64,000 nt of DNA from a bacterium (GCA_963662285.2 CAXXMV010000002.1:1600001-1664000), one strand, 5' to 3'. Positions 1-9,807 are shown, counted from the stretch's first letter. Notes: generated from the letters alone by a model not told the origin. Program-made: numbers and translations.

Positions 1-1
1 G

Positions 2-1447
2 GCCTTCCAGTTGCAGCGCCTGGGGGTTGATGTTATAGAAGCGGGTTTCCCTATCTCATCACCGGGAGATTTTGAATCGGTCAAAGCCATCGCCCAAAAA
101 GTTGATGGACCGCAAATCTGCGGCTTGTGCCGCGCTATGGAGAAAGACATTGACTGCTGCTGGGAAGCTGTGAAATATTCCAAGCATCCACGCATTCATA
201 CATTTATTGCTACCAGTCAGATTCACATGGAGAAAAAACTGAAAAAATCCCAGAAAGAAGTACGGGATTATGCAGTTAAAGCAGTGCAACACGCCCGTAA
301 ATATACCGAAAATGTAGAATTCTCCACCGAAGACGCCGCCCGCACCGACCGGGATTATATCTGCGAAGTGGTCGAGGCCGCTATCGACGCCGGCGCCACC
401 ACTATAAATATTCCTGATACAGTCGGGTATTCCAATCCCTGGGAATACGGCGCATTGATCGAATATGTATTTGAAAAGGTTCCCAATGTCGGGCAAGCAG
501 TCATCAGCGTCCACTGCCATAACGATTTGGGCTTGTCGACCGCTAATTCATTGGCCGCCATCCTCAAGGGCGCTCGTCAGATCGAGTGTACTATCAATGG
601 AATCGGGGAACGCGCCGGTAACGCCTCGTTGGAAGAGGTTGTTATGAATATCAAAACCCGCGCTGATTTCTTCGGGTTCCATACTGATATCAAAACCGAG
701 CATATCTATCCCGCCAGCCGTATGTTGACCCGCTTCACCGGAATCGGCGTACAGCCCAATAAGGCCATTGTCGGCGCTAACGCTTTCGCCCACGAAGCCG
801 GGATTCATCAGGATGGCGTCTTGAAAGAGCGCACCACCTACGAAATTATGCGTCCCGAATCAGTGGGTTGGGCCGGACATTCCATGGTTTTGGGCAAGCA
901 CTCAGGCCGTCACGCTTTCGTAACCAGTATGAAAGACCTGGGCTTCAGTTTGGAAGGCGAAGAATTGGAAAAAGCCTTTGAAGCATTCAAAGCGTTGGCC
1001 GACGCCAAAAAGACTGTCTTTGATGAAGACTTGCTGGCTATCGTCGATGAACAATCGCGCTCTGAAGATCAAGTAAAATACATCCTGGAAGACCTGGAAA
1101 TTAAAATCGATAAAAACGACAAGCCGTCCGCCACGGTGAAGATCCGATCCAATGGCGACATCATTGAAGGCAGCGGTTCCGGCGATGGCGCCCTGGACGC
1201 CGCTTATTCTGTTATCAAAAAGTTGACCGGCCTGGAAGACGCCGTGTTGGTTGATTATCGCGTAGGAGCAGTCACTATTGGAACCGACGCTCAGGGATCG
1301 GCTAATGTGGTCATTAAAAATCAAAATAAACAGTACATAGGGCGGGGAACTGACACCGATGTTATCCGCGCCAGCGTTAAAGCGTTTATCAATGCAGTTA
1401 ACAAGTGCTGCATTGAAGAAGAAAAAGAACATGATCCGGCTGTATAG
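2..1447 (+). CDS. leuA: 2-isopropylmalate synthase (5' end lies outside the window)
   Basis: GVDVIEAGFP, HCHNDLG, INGIGERAGN, HEAGIHQDG and LGKHSGRHA motifs, plus C-terminal regulatory domain (GSGDGALDA...DTDVIRASVKAF). Frame is open from base 2. Confidence 0.95.
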   Translation, partial: AFQLQRLGVDVIEAGFPISSPGDFESVKAIAQKVDGPQICGLCRAMEKDIDCCWEAVKYSKHPRIHTFIATSQIHMEKKLKKSQKEVRDYAVKAVQHARKYTENVEFSTEDAARTDRDYICEVVEAAIDAGATTINIPDTVGYSNPWEYGALIEYVFEKVPNVGQAVISVHCHNDLGLSTANSLAAILKGARQIECTINGIGERAGNASLEEVVMNIKTRADFFGFHTDIKTEHIYPASRMLTRFTGIGVQPNKAIVGANAFAHEAGIHQDGVLKERTTYEIMRPESVGWAGHSMVLGKHSGRHAFVTSMKDLGFSLEGEELEKAFEAFKALADAKKTVFDEDLLAIVDEQSRSEDQVKYILEDLEIKIDKNDKPSATVKIRSNGDIIEGSGSGDGALDAAYSVIKKLTGLEDAVLVDYRVGAVTIGTDAQGSANVVIKNQNKQYIGRGTDTDVIRASVKAFINAVNKCCIEEEKEHDPAV

Positions 1448-2467
1448 GGTGGCTTCGGTGGCTACGCTTCGCTTTTAGCCCACCCTGCGTTTGAGTGGAG
1501 TGGTTTGATTTCGGAGGTGGTTTTCAAGGGTAGAAAAAACACTACCCTTGGCGCCCGAACCGAAGAAAAAGAACATGATCCGGCTGTATAGGGTGGCTTC
1601 GGTGGCTACGCTTCGCTTTTGCCCACCCTGCGTTTGAGTGGAGTGGTTTGATTTCGGAGGTGGTTCTCAAGGGTAGAAAAAACACTACCCTTGGCACCCG
1701 TACCGAAGAAAAAGAACATGATCCGGCTGTATAGGGTGGCTTCGGTGGCTACGCTTCGCTTTTGCCCACCCTGCGTTTGAGTGGAGTGGTTTGATTTCGG
1801 AGGTGGCTTTCAAGGGTAGAAAAAACACTACCCTTGGCGCCCGTACCGAAGAAAAAGAACATGATCCGGCTGTATAGGGTGGCTTCGGTGGCTACGCTTC
1901 GCTTTTAGCCCACCCTGCGTTTGAGTGGAGTGGTTTGATTTCGGAGGTGGTTTTCAAGGGTAGAAAAAACACTACCCTTGGCGCCCGTACCGAAGAAAAA
2001 GAACATGATCCGGCTGTATAGGGTGGCTTCGGTGGAGGGCTACGCTTCGCTTTTAACCCACCCTGCGTTTGAGTGGAGTGGTTTGATTTCGGAGGTGGCT
2101 TTCAAGGGTAGAAAAAACACTACCCTTGGCACCCGTACCGAAGAAAAAAAAGAACATGATCCGGCTGTATAGGGTGGCTTCGGTGGAGGGCTACGCTTCG
2201 CTTTTAACCCACCCTGCGTTTGAGTGGAGTGGTTTGATTTCGGAGGTGGTTCTCAAGGGTAGAAAAAACACTACCCTTGGCGCCCGAACCGAAGAAAAAG
2301 AACATGATCCGGCTGTATAGGGTGGCTTCGGTGGAGGGCTACGCTTCGCTTTTGCCCACCCTGCGTTTGAGTGGAGTGGTTTGATTTCGGAGGTGGCTTT
2401 CAAGGGTAGAAAAAACACTACCCTTGGCACCCGTACCGAAGAAAAAGAACATGATCCGGCTGTATAG
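1418..2467 (+). repeat. Tandem array: 7 units of 143-151 bp plus a final 30-bp copy. Each unit is the last 30 bp of leuA followed by two REP-like hairpins
   Basis: GAAGAAAAAGAACATGATCCGGCTGTATAG starts at 1418, 1562, 1705, 1848, 1992, 2140 (3 extra A), 2291 and 2438. The intervening segments are near-identical. Confidence 0.97.
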
Positions 2468-2494
2468 TTCTTAACTTTAACAATAAGCAATCAC

Positions 2495-2528
2495 AAAAGG
2501 GGAAAGTCTTAATCAGGCTTTCCCCTTT
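2495..2528. terminator. Intrinsic terminator-like hairpin between convergent genes
   Basis: AAAAGGGGAAAG...CTTTCCCCTTT. Confidence 0.7.
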
Positions 2529-2536
2529 GTTGCTTA

Positions 2537-3277
2537 TCAAAGAAGACTCAAAACCAATAGGCAGACTCCGGTGGCGGCTAGTTGGATGGTCAGGTTATCC
2601 AGGCTATGGAAGGTTACTGCTTCTACCATCATGGTTGTTATGGATATTAGCAGGGATGCTATCAATACTGTGTCTATCGGGTAATCAAATCCTATTGCCA
2701 GGAATATGAAGCAGCCGGTGAGGGATGCGGTGAATACCGCAAGGCTGCCTTCGATGCTGCGGTATGATTTGATTCCGGTTAAGGTGGGGACTCTGTATTT
2801 GTGTTTTCCCCAGCGAGTCCCGACTGGTTCGCCCAGGGCGTCTCCCCAGCCGGTTGCGATGTATCCGATAATGGCGAATTCTCCAAACATAATGTTGCTC
2901 AACATGCCTCCCAGGGCGGTCATCAGGAAGGGCATGATGATGTAGAACTTCTGGTAGGGCGCATCGCCGGGGCGGGCGACGGCGATATAGAGTTTACTAT
3001 TTTCGCCTACAAGAACCGCATGTATAACAACTATTCCCACAGCAGCGCCGTAAACCTGGACTGCCGGGAAGCCTCCGAGCATGGCGATCACTCCGGCCAG
3101 GGTGAAAATGGTGAAATGGTATATTTTGCGGGTATAACCTACGCGTAACTGGTATTTCTCCTTCAGGAATCCTGCAATGTATCCCGCCACAGCGCCAGCG
3201 ATGATCCCTATAGGCAGGAATATTATCCAGTTCGATAATGATGGAAAAGTCCAGTTTGATAAGAGGTAAGTAGTCAT
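2537..3277 (-). CDS. Phytol/dolichol kinase-like polyprenol kinase (CTP_transf_1-like membrane protein)
   Basis: Multi-TM; TRKIYHF, GWGDALGEPVGTRWG, RSIEGSLAVF and DNLTI motifs typical of the family. Confidence 0.8.
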   Translation of the reverse strand: MTTYLLSNWTFPSLSNWIIFLPIGIIAGAVAGYIAGFLKEKYQLRVGYTRKIYHFTIFTLAGVIAMLGGFPAVQVYGAAVGIVVIHAVLVGENSKLYIAVARPGDAPYQKFYIIMPFLMTALGGMLSNIMFGEFAIIGYIATGWGDALGEPVGTRWGKHKYRVPTLTGIKSYRSIEGSLAVFTASLTGCFIFLAIGFDYPIDTVLIASLLISITTMMVEAVTFHSLDNLTIQLAATGVCLLVLSLL

Positions 3278-3333
3278 GTTTTTATATTAAAATCCTTGGC
3301 GCCCGGCGCCCAGCCCCCCAACAGGTGGTTTGA

Positions 3334-3372
3334 TCAAGGGCTGACCGCAATGCGGTCTTGCCCTTGGCACCC
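3334..3372 (+). repeat. REP-like family B, long-loop variant
   Basis: TCAAGGGC...GCCCTTGGCACCC hairpin; reverse-oriented homologues at 35350-35388 and 57283-57321. Confidence 0.8.
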
Positions 3373-3373
3373 A

Positions 3374-4102
3374 TCATTTTTTGTAATATATATTCCCGAC
3401 TTTCTTGAATGTGTTTTTAGTTTCCAGTTCGGTGTTTGATTGAGTCAATATAGCATTTATGGTTTTACTATCATTGTTATCTATTACTGTTTGTTCGTCT
3501 TTGCGCCCGTTATCGGCTAGCAGCCAGGTTGGATAATCGCGGCAATCGCCGCTTTCGAAAGGGAATATGTCGGCCTGCATACCGGCGATGAATAATGGAA
3601 TTTTAAATGGTTCAAATGAAAAGCGGCAAATTACGAATAAGCCATTGGTAAATTTATGGTTTTTGATGGATGGCAAATACATATCTAGCAGGATATCCTT
3701 GGCGGAGGTCATGATGTAGAAATTGCTTCCAGTGGCCAGGGTCAGTAAGCCGATGTTTTTGATGGTGCAATTGTTGCAGCATTGAGGTATTTTGACGTCC
3801 TTGAGATGGAGGTTGTTTTCGAGGAAATGACAGTTATGGTTGGACCTTCCTGAAATGCAGGGAGGTTCAAGAGGTTTCAGGCAAAAGCCGACTCCAACAA
3901 TATGCTTCTCCCCGCCCGCCCATTGATCTGAGGTTTTGACATCATTCCTGCCATATTTAATTATGCCTTTCAGCGTCATTATTGGATGCCTTAATATGAC
4001 GAGGAATATGAATTTAATGCCGTATTCTCTGATTAAACTACGGAAGCAGAAATCCCATAATTTGATATTCAAGAACGGATTTTTATTTTGGTCGTTTTTC
4101 AT
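3374..4102 (-). CDS. Cys-rich hypothetical protein, possibly DUF116-like
   Basis: 242-aa ORF; FCLKP..C.SGR.NH.C...CCNNCTI and later VICRF pattern resemble DUF116 Cys spacing. Confidence 0.5.
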   Translation of the reverse strand: MKNDQNKNPFLNIKLWDFCFRSLIREYGIKFIFLVILRHPIMTLKGIIKYGRNDVKTSDQWAGGEKHIVGVGFCLKPLEPPCISGRSNHNCHFLENNLHLKDVKIPQCCNNCTIKNIGLLTLATGSNFYIMTSAKDILLDMYLPSIKNHKFTNGLFVICRFSFEPFKIPLFIAGMQADIFPFESGDCRDYPTWLLADNGRKDEQTVIDNNDSKTINAILTQSNTELETKNTFKKVGNIYYKK

Positions 4103-4138
4103 GATGATGTCTCTTGTATATAACCGGAAGTTATAGCA

Positions 4139-4171
4139 TCAAGGGCAGAAAATACACTGCCCTTGGCACCC
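4139..4171 (+). repeat. REP-like family B, short variant
   Basis: TCAAGGGCAGAAAATACACTGCCCTTGGCACCC, identical at 15472-15504 and 22100-22132. Confidence 0.9.
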
Positions 4172-4464
4172 TTGTTTTCTTATCCTTGGCGCCCTTGCGT
4201 CCTTGTTATTAGTAAAGTACTTTATTACATAAAGTACATTCGAATGTTATCATAACGGTTAGTTGAATACAAGGTAACTGAGGGATTTGGTAAAGGGGAT
4301 GGTATTCTAGTTCAAGCAGGAAATGCCTGATATTATAGGGAATTGGATTATTATTTTGAGAAAATATTGAAGTAAATGGCACATTTTTGCATTACAATAC
4401 GTTATGATATAACGATGATATAATTTTTAAGCGTTACATTAAATCTTAATGGGAAGTTATTCCT

Positions 4465-7371
4465 ATGATTCGTGTTCTACACCCCGGATTTTTATTTTTG
4501 CTGCTGTTGATTCCCTTGGTCTGGTATTCAGCCAGGCAAGTGCGTGTTTTAGGTCAGGGACGCAAAGCGCTGACGCTTTTGTTACGGTCTTTGGTTCTGA
4601 TTTTATTTATCATGGCTCTTGCGGAGGTTGAACTGGTCGATAAGGGTGATTCCTTGACCGTGTTATTTGCTATCGACCGTTCTTCCAGCATTCCGAACGA
4701 TGAGCAAATGTTCAGCCTGGCTTATGTGCAAGAGAGATTGATGGAAATCCCCGAAGGCGACAGCGCCGGGATTCTCTTTTTCGGTAAGGAAGCCATGTTA
4801 AAAGAGAATCCTGGAGAGCGGGTGCAACTGGAGGATTATCATGTCCTGCTCAATAAGGAAGGTACGGATATTGAGTCGGCGGTTAATCTAAGCATGGCCG
4901 CTTTTCCAGCAGGGGTTCAGAAGCGTATTGTTCTGATAACCGATGGCAACCAGACCCAGGGTGATGCTGAAGCGGCGGTGCAAAGGGCGAAAGCCAATAA
5001 CATTGATCTGCATGTAATGCCTTTGGAATATGTTTCAGCGCAGGAAGTGTTGATTGAGGAGATTGCGCTTCCCAACCAAATTCAAGAGAAAGAACCATTC
5101 AAGATTAAAGTACTGGTCAATGCGCAGGAAGAAGGTACCGGCGTGTTGCGTCTTATGGAGAATGATAATGTAATCTCTGAAGAAAATGTTCAACTAAGCG
5201 TCGGGAAGAATGCTTTCTGGGCGCCGCGAACTATTGAAAAAGCGGGCGTCTATACATATACAGCTGTTATTGAAGCAGAGAATGACCGGCGTCCATTAAA
5301 CAATCGGGCGCAAAACTTTGCTTTTGTGCAGGGGATGCCCCGTGTGCTGCTATTGGATTCCAAAACCGATGATTCACGTTTTCTAGCATCAGCTTTGATT
5401 GCTGAAGGCATCCAGGTTGACCTGCATACGCCTGAAGCGCTGCCGGGGACATTACGCGAATTACAGATGTATGACAGCGTTATCATTTCTAATGTACATG
5501 CCTCGGAATTTTCTAAATCTCAATTAACCATGCTGGAAACCGGAGTAAGCGACCTGGGCATTGGATTGGTGATGGTCGGCGGCCCGGACAGTTTCGGCGC
5601 CGGTGGATATCAGGGGACTCCGGTAGAACGCGCCTTGCCGGTGGATATGGATATCAAGCAGCGCAAAATCATCCCCAGCGGAGCGCTAGCCATCATAATG
5701 CATTCCTGCGAGATTCCTCAAGGCAACTATTGGACGCAGGAGATTTCTTTGGCGGCGTTGGATTCTTTGTCGAGAAATGATTATATCGGACTGTTAAGAT
5801 ATGGTCCGGGTGGAGAAGGCTGGCTTTTTCCACTGGAACGCGCCGGGAATAAGAATCGGCAGCGCAATGCTATTAAAAGCCTGCCCTTTACCGGTATTGG
5901 AGACATGCCTTCTTTCGCTACGACCATGCAGATGGCTTTGGATGGTTTCAAAGAAATCAGCGCCAATATCAAACACATGATCATTCTATCGGATGGAGAT
6001 CCGGCGTTGCCGTCCCAAGGGCTGATTGATGAGATTGTTGAGAACAAGATAACCATATCGACGGTCTGCGTTGGAACGCACGCGCAGCAGTTTGTGAACG
6101 TAATGAAGGATTTGGCTCAGGCTGGCAAGGGTAAAGCATATAATGTTAAGAGCAACAAGGATCTGCCCCGTATATTTATTAAGGAAGCTATGACGGTTCG
6201 GCGTCACCTGATAGAAGAAGGTTTGTTTACGCCGGCAGTTACGCATATCAGTGAAATCCTGCAAGGTTTGGATAGCGGTTTCCCGGAATTAAGCGGTTAT
6301 GTCATTACTTCGCCCAAATCCGGCGCTGAAACGGTAATGATAACCCATAAGAAAGATCCTCTGCTGGCTCATTGGCGCTATGGATTGGGCAAGACGGTTG
6401 CCTTTACTTCAGACGCCAAGGCTCAATGGGCGGAGCAATGGATTGGTTGGGAAAATTATGCGAAATTCTGGGGTCAGGCGGTGCGGTGGACGCTGCGCTC
6501 TTCGAAGGATGATCAATTCCAGATAAAAACCTCAATCGAAGGCGATCAGGTCAAGTGCGTGGTTGATGCGCTTACCGAAGATGGTGGATTTCTCAATAAT
6601 CTAACGTTTGGATCAACCATGATTGATCCACAATATAAAACGCAAAAATTTGCAATGCGTCAGACTGAACCCGGTCGATATGAAGGATATTTTCCGTCGG
6701 ATAATGCGGGAAGTTATCTGGTAAGCATGACATACGAAGGTCCCGACGATATGGAGGGGACGTTGACCAGTGGAATTTCGATTCCCTATTCACCTGAGCA
6801 TAACAGCATCAAACAGAATGATTTAGTATTGAAGAGGTTGGCCGATGTCAGTGGAAACAGTTTTCTTTCACCTGAAATTAATGTATTTGATCATAACTTA
6901 AAGGTTACCGGAGATATGTTGTCATTATGGCCTTTGCTTTTAAGTTTGGCGGTAATATTCTTTTTCTGTGATATTGCAGTGCGACGGGTATTTTTTGAGT
7001 TGCCTCAATTACAGAGCGCTCTGCTTAAAGCGTGGAACTGGTTTATCTCTCCATTCCGCTTGAAACCTGCTCCAGTAGGTCCAGCGACTGAAGAGATCGG
7101 GCAGTTGATGCAGGCCAAAAACCGAGCCGATGATGATCATGTCTATGCTGAAGAGAAAGAGTCATTTCTGGAGCGGTTGGAATCGGTCAAAGAGAGTGAT
7201 TTAGAGGAACTGGAATCGATTGGCGTTGCGCCAAAAGATAAGCCCATGTGGCAAGAAGCGAAAAATGATGATGACTTGGAAAAATTCGAGGATGAACCGC
7301 AAGATGCTTATACCAACGCTTTATTACGTGCAAAAGATAGAGCCAAGGGCAACATTAAGGACCGGCGCTGA
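4465..7371 (+). CDS. Membrane-anchored VWA-domain protein with glutamine amidotransferase-like domain
   Basis: N-terminal BatA-like TM; MIDAS DRSSS; VLITDG; GLVMVGGPDSFGAGGY; second VWA with ILSDG; WRYGLGK; C-terminal TM. Confidence 0.85.
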   Translation: MIRVLHPGFLFLLLLIPLVWYSARQVRVLGQGRKALTLLLRSLVLILFIMALAEVELVDKGDSLTVLFAIDRSSSIPNDEQMFSLAYVQERLMEIPEGDSAGILFFGKEAMLKENPGERVQLEDYHVLLNKEGTDIESAVNLSMAAFPAGVQKRIVLITDGNQTQGDAEAAVQRAKANNIDLHVMPLEYVSAQEVLIEEIALPNQIQEKEPFKIKVLVNAQEEGTGVLRLMENDNVISEENVQLSVGKNAFWAPRTIEKAGVYTYTAVIEAENDRRPLNNRAQNFAFVQGMPRVLLLDSKTDDSRFLASALIAEGIQVDLHTPEALPGTLRELQMYDSVIISNVHASEFSKSQLTMLETGVSDLGIGLVMVGGPDSFGAGGYQGTPVERALPVDMDIKQRKIIPSGALAIIMHSCEIPQGNYWTQEISLAALDSLSRNDYIGLLRYGPGGEGWLFPLERAGNKNRQRNAIKSLPFTGIGDMPSFATTMQMALDGFKEISANIKHMIILSDGDPALPSQGLIDEIVENKITISTVCVGTHAQQFVNVMKDLAQAGKGKAYNVKSNKDLPRIFIKEAMTVRRHLIEEGLFTPAVTHISEILQGLDSGFPELSGYVITSPKSGAETVMITHKKDPLLAHWRYGLGKTVAFTSDAKAQWAEQWIGWENYAKFWGQAVRWTLRSSKDDQFQIKTSIEGDQVKCVVDALTEDGGFLNNLTFGSTMIDPQYKTQKFAMRQTEPGRYEGYFPSDNAGSYLVSMTYEGPDDMEGTLTSGISIPYSPEHNSIKQNDLVLKRLADVSGNSFLSPEINVFDHNLKVTGDMLSLWPLLLSLAVIFFFCDIAVRRVFFELPQLQSALLKAWNWFISPFRLKPAPVGPATEEIGQLMQAKNRADDDHVYAEEKESFLERLESVKESDLEELESIGVAPKDKPMWQEAKNDDDLEKFEDEPQDAYTNALLRAKDRAKGNIKDRR

Positions 7372-7417
7372 GGTGGTCTGGTTTCCACGATATTTTTTGG
7401 ACAGAAGATATCTTGGA

Positions 7418-8179
7418 ATGTCTGTTTTAATGATGGCGTTTTTGCTGGTTATATCATGCGGCGGTTCCACGCAGAAGAATGGTGAACCAATTACCTTGGA
7501 TCACGATCCACCTGCTTTGAGCGTCGGGCATGCGTTTTATTACCAGCACACCGGACCCAGGCCTTGGAGCAATGGCTTGCAGGATGCCAGTGGAGGGCGT
7601 CTGGTGGTTGTACCTGAGCAGGATGCCAGTCAGGCCAAGTCGCTGATTAAATATGAAGAACACTTTGAGAATTCTATAGGATCTCAGGTTGGATACATTG
7701 ATAAGAAATACCGGCTTCATCAGCAAGATATTGAGTCTGGCGATCTGGCCTTGAAATTTATTTATTCTCCTGCTTTAGAATTGCGTTATCTTTCTTTGAA
7801 GAAGGATGAAACAAAGACTTATAAATCCAGTTTTGTTTTACACGCGTCCGGACACGAAGCGCCGCAGGGCGGCGGCAGTATTGTTGCTAATGTAGAGCGT
7901 GATTATGACGTCCGCATCATTTCTCCTGCAGGGGCTTATCTGTGTCGGCAATTTAAGTCGGATGTATGCATCGAGACAACGGTTCAGGATGTCAAGACAG
8001 TTTTTAAGGCCAAAATAATATCATATTGGTGTGATAATATCGGGTGGTTTGTGCAGGAAGAATACGCTTTTGAACCGATGCAGCGAAATGGTGAAGCGGT
8101 GCAACCAGCCTATCGGGCTGAAAGCATTTTGTCGAAATATAAGCCGATGGATCCCAACAGTCTTAGACCAGTAGAATAA
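7418..8179 (+). CDS. Hypothetical lipoprotein
   Basis: Start moved to MSVLMMAFLLVIS-CGG (lipobox-like) to avoid a long overlap with the upstream gene; start is uncertain. Confidence 0.6.
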   Translation: MSVLMMAFLLVISCGGSTQKNGEPITLDHDPPALSVGHAFYYQHTGPRPWSNGLQDASGGRLVVVPEQDASQAKSLIKYEEHFENSIGSQVGYIDKKYRLHQQDIESGDLALKFIYSPALELRYLSLKKDETKTYKSSFVLHASGHEAPQGGGSIVANVERDYDVRIISPAGAYLCRQFKSDVCIETTVQDVKTVFKAKIISYWCDNIGWFVQEEYAFEPMQRNGEAVQPAYRAESILSKYKPMDPNSLRPVE

Positions 8180-8202
8180 GAAAGCGGATTTATCGTTATG
8201 TA

Positions 8203-8233
8203 AGAAGGAGCAAGTTAACCACCTGCTCCTTCT
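8203..8233. terminator. Hairpin between convergent genes
   Basis: AGAAGGAGCA...TGCTCCTTCT. Confidence 0.6.
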
Positions 8234-8279
8234 GTGATTTATGAATTTCTAATTAGATTGCTCGGCGGTTGTATTATTA

Positions 8280-8585
8280 TTACCCGGCTTTTGATGCGTC
8301 CCAATCCGAACCATGAGTAACGTCATCTTTGGAGTTTCGCCTTTTATCCTCGTCAAATTCAAAATTGGCGTTTTTCTCGATATATTCCTTTTGATCATCG
8401 GGGACTTCATCTTCAGGGAATATAGCGTCTACCGGGCATACCGGAGCGCACGCATCGCAATCAATGCATTCATCCGGATTAATGTATAACATGTCGTCGC
8501 CTTCGTAAAAACATTCAACAGGACAGACTTCTGCGCAATCGCCATACTTGCAGTTTACGCAAGATTCGGTAACAACATAGGTCAT
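8280..8585 (-). CDS. fdxA: 7Fe (FdxA-type) ferredoxin
   Basis: [26 protein letters not shown]...[16 protein letters not shown]; good RBS (AAGGAG). Confidence 0.92.
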   Translation of the reverse strand: MTYVVTESCVNCKYGDCAEVCPVECFYEGDDMLYINPDECIDCDACAPVCPVDAIFPEDEVPDDQKEYIEKNANFEFDEDKRRNSKDDVTHGSDWDASKAG

Positions 8586-8606
8586 TTTATTTCTCCTTTA
8601 TACTTA

Positions 8607-8644
8607 TACATCTGTTACAACATCAGTACATCTGTTACAACATC
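8607..8644. promoter_or_regulatory. 18-bp direct repeat upstream of ferredoxin, candidate operator pair
   Basis: TACATCTGTTACAACATC at 8607-8624 and 8627-8644; core TGTT-AC-AACA is an inverted repeat. Confidence 0.45.
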
Positions 8645-8818
8645 CAGGTTTAGTGATATCAAATCAGATTATTGCTTTGATAGATATGGTTATACATTTT
8701 CTTTATAAATAATGCAACCCCGTAAATAAAAAACATTCCTGCTATTCTTGAAATATAAATCTGCAAAGAATGAATTATCAGTAAAAAATTGAATATCTTA
8801 CTGCATGAAATGCATGGA

Positions 8819-8850
8819 ATAAGCCCCGGAAATACAGGGGCTTATCTTGT
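8819..8850 (-). terminator. Terminator-like hairpin
   Basis: TAAGCCCC...GGGGCTTA downstream of the gene ending at 8881. Confidence 0.55.
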
Positions 8851-8880
8851 TTTGCATTAATTATGATAGAGTTGTTTTTC

Positions 8881-9807
8881 TTAATGAATCTCCCAATTCA
8901 TGACGTCAGTCGGGATGGCGAAAGTGGCTGTGGTCCATCTGGCATCGGTGTCGCCGTCGCCTACCCACATCATTTGAGAGTCATAACCTCCCGCTGCTAG
9001 ATCTGTATCGATGCACAAATGGGTAAAACTCATTGAACTTCCTGCAAGAGGCGTGGGAAGCATGGGATTCCAGCCTAATTGATCCATAAGGTCATAATCA
9101 ATTTCAGCCGGCAGAGGATCTGGATCGCTGTAATACTTGCTTCTTTCAATCGAATCCCAGCTGATTTTGGCTTCGATGGTGTATTTACCTTCTTCTACTA
9201 TTACTACGACTTCCCATGCTTCGTTTACTTCTCCACGAACTACGGTTCCATCTTCGAGAGTTTTATCGGCTACATCAGAACGATTGCCCAGCCGGGTTCC
9301 GACGCACCATCTTCTGGTTGTTTCAACGGTTTGGTCTTCCGTTGCGCCAATGGCGATGATCATTTCGCCGGGCAGCCACTGGTTGTCGGCTTCATAATCC
9401 TGGAAAAAGTCGGGGTATAGTAAAATTTCCTGCTCAGGATTATTGGTGAAATCGATGAACCACTGCACTCCATCTCGTTCCCACCATTGGGCTGGTATTG
9501 TACTATCGACGTGGGAGATCACGTCATCTTCCACTACGGCGGCGCAGTACAGGGCTTCATCGTTGTACATCATGGCGAATGTGCAGACCGTGTCGGGATC
9601 ATTCCAGTTTGTACCGAAGGTATCCACAACGCTGTCTTTATCATAGGTTACCCATTCGGCATTGTTCCAGTCGCCGACATCGCCGTCAATGGCGGGGCCG
9701 CCGGTGAATTGAATGGTGTATTGGGGAGCGTCAGGATTTTGCGCCCAAACTGACATTCCACAGATAACCGCTAAAAACAATACTGACAACTGCAAAAATT
9801 TTTTCAC
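8881..9807 (-). CDS. Secreted CBM9/DOMON-like sugar-binding protein with C-terminal motif TDVMNWEIH
   Basis: GTG start at 9807 behind AGGAG; signal peptide; PAIDGDVGDW, MYNDEALYCAAVVEDD, WERDGVQWFID, YTIEAKISW. Confidence 0.75.
   Translation of the reverse strand: MKKFLQLSVLFLAVICGMSVWAQNPDAPQYTIQFTGGPAIDGDVGDWNNAEWVTYDKDSVVDTFGTNWNDPDTVCTFAMMYNDEALYCAAVVEDDVISHVDSTIPAQWWERDGVQWFIDFTNNPEQEILLYPDFFQDYEADNQWLPGEMIIAIGATEDQTVETTRRWCVGTRLGNRSDVADKTLEDGTVVRGEVNEAWEVVVIVEEGKYTIEAKISWDSIERSKYYSDPDPLPAEIDYDLMDQLGWNPMLPTPLAGSSMSFTHLCIDTDLAAGGYDSQMMWVGDGDTDARWTTATFAIPTDVMNWEIH

Noticed and set aside
1418-2467. CRISPR array (30-bp repeat at regular spacing)
   Set aside because: The intervening segments are near-identical and over 110 bp, the repeat is leuA coding sequence, and there are no cas genes.
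1978-2490. Short ORFs within the array
   Set aside because: By-products of small indels in the repeat units; no independent coding evidence.
2537-4200. Integron cassette array
   Set aside because: No integron integrase in the window, and the repeats lack attC RYYYAAC/GTTRRRY ends.
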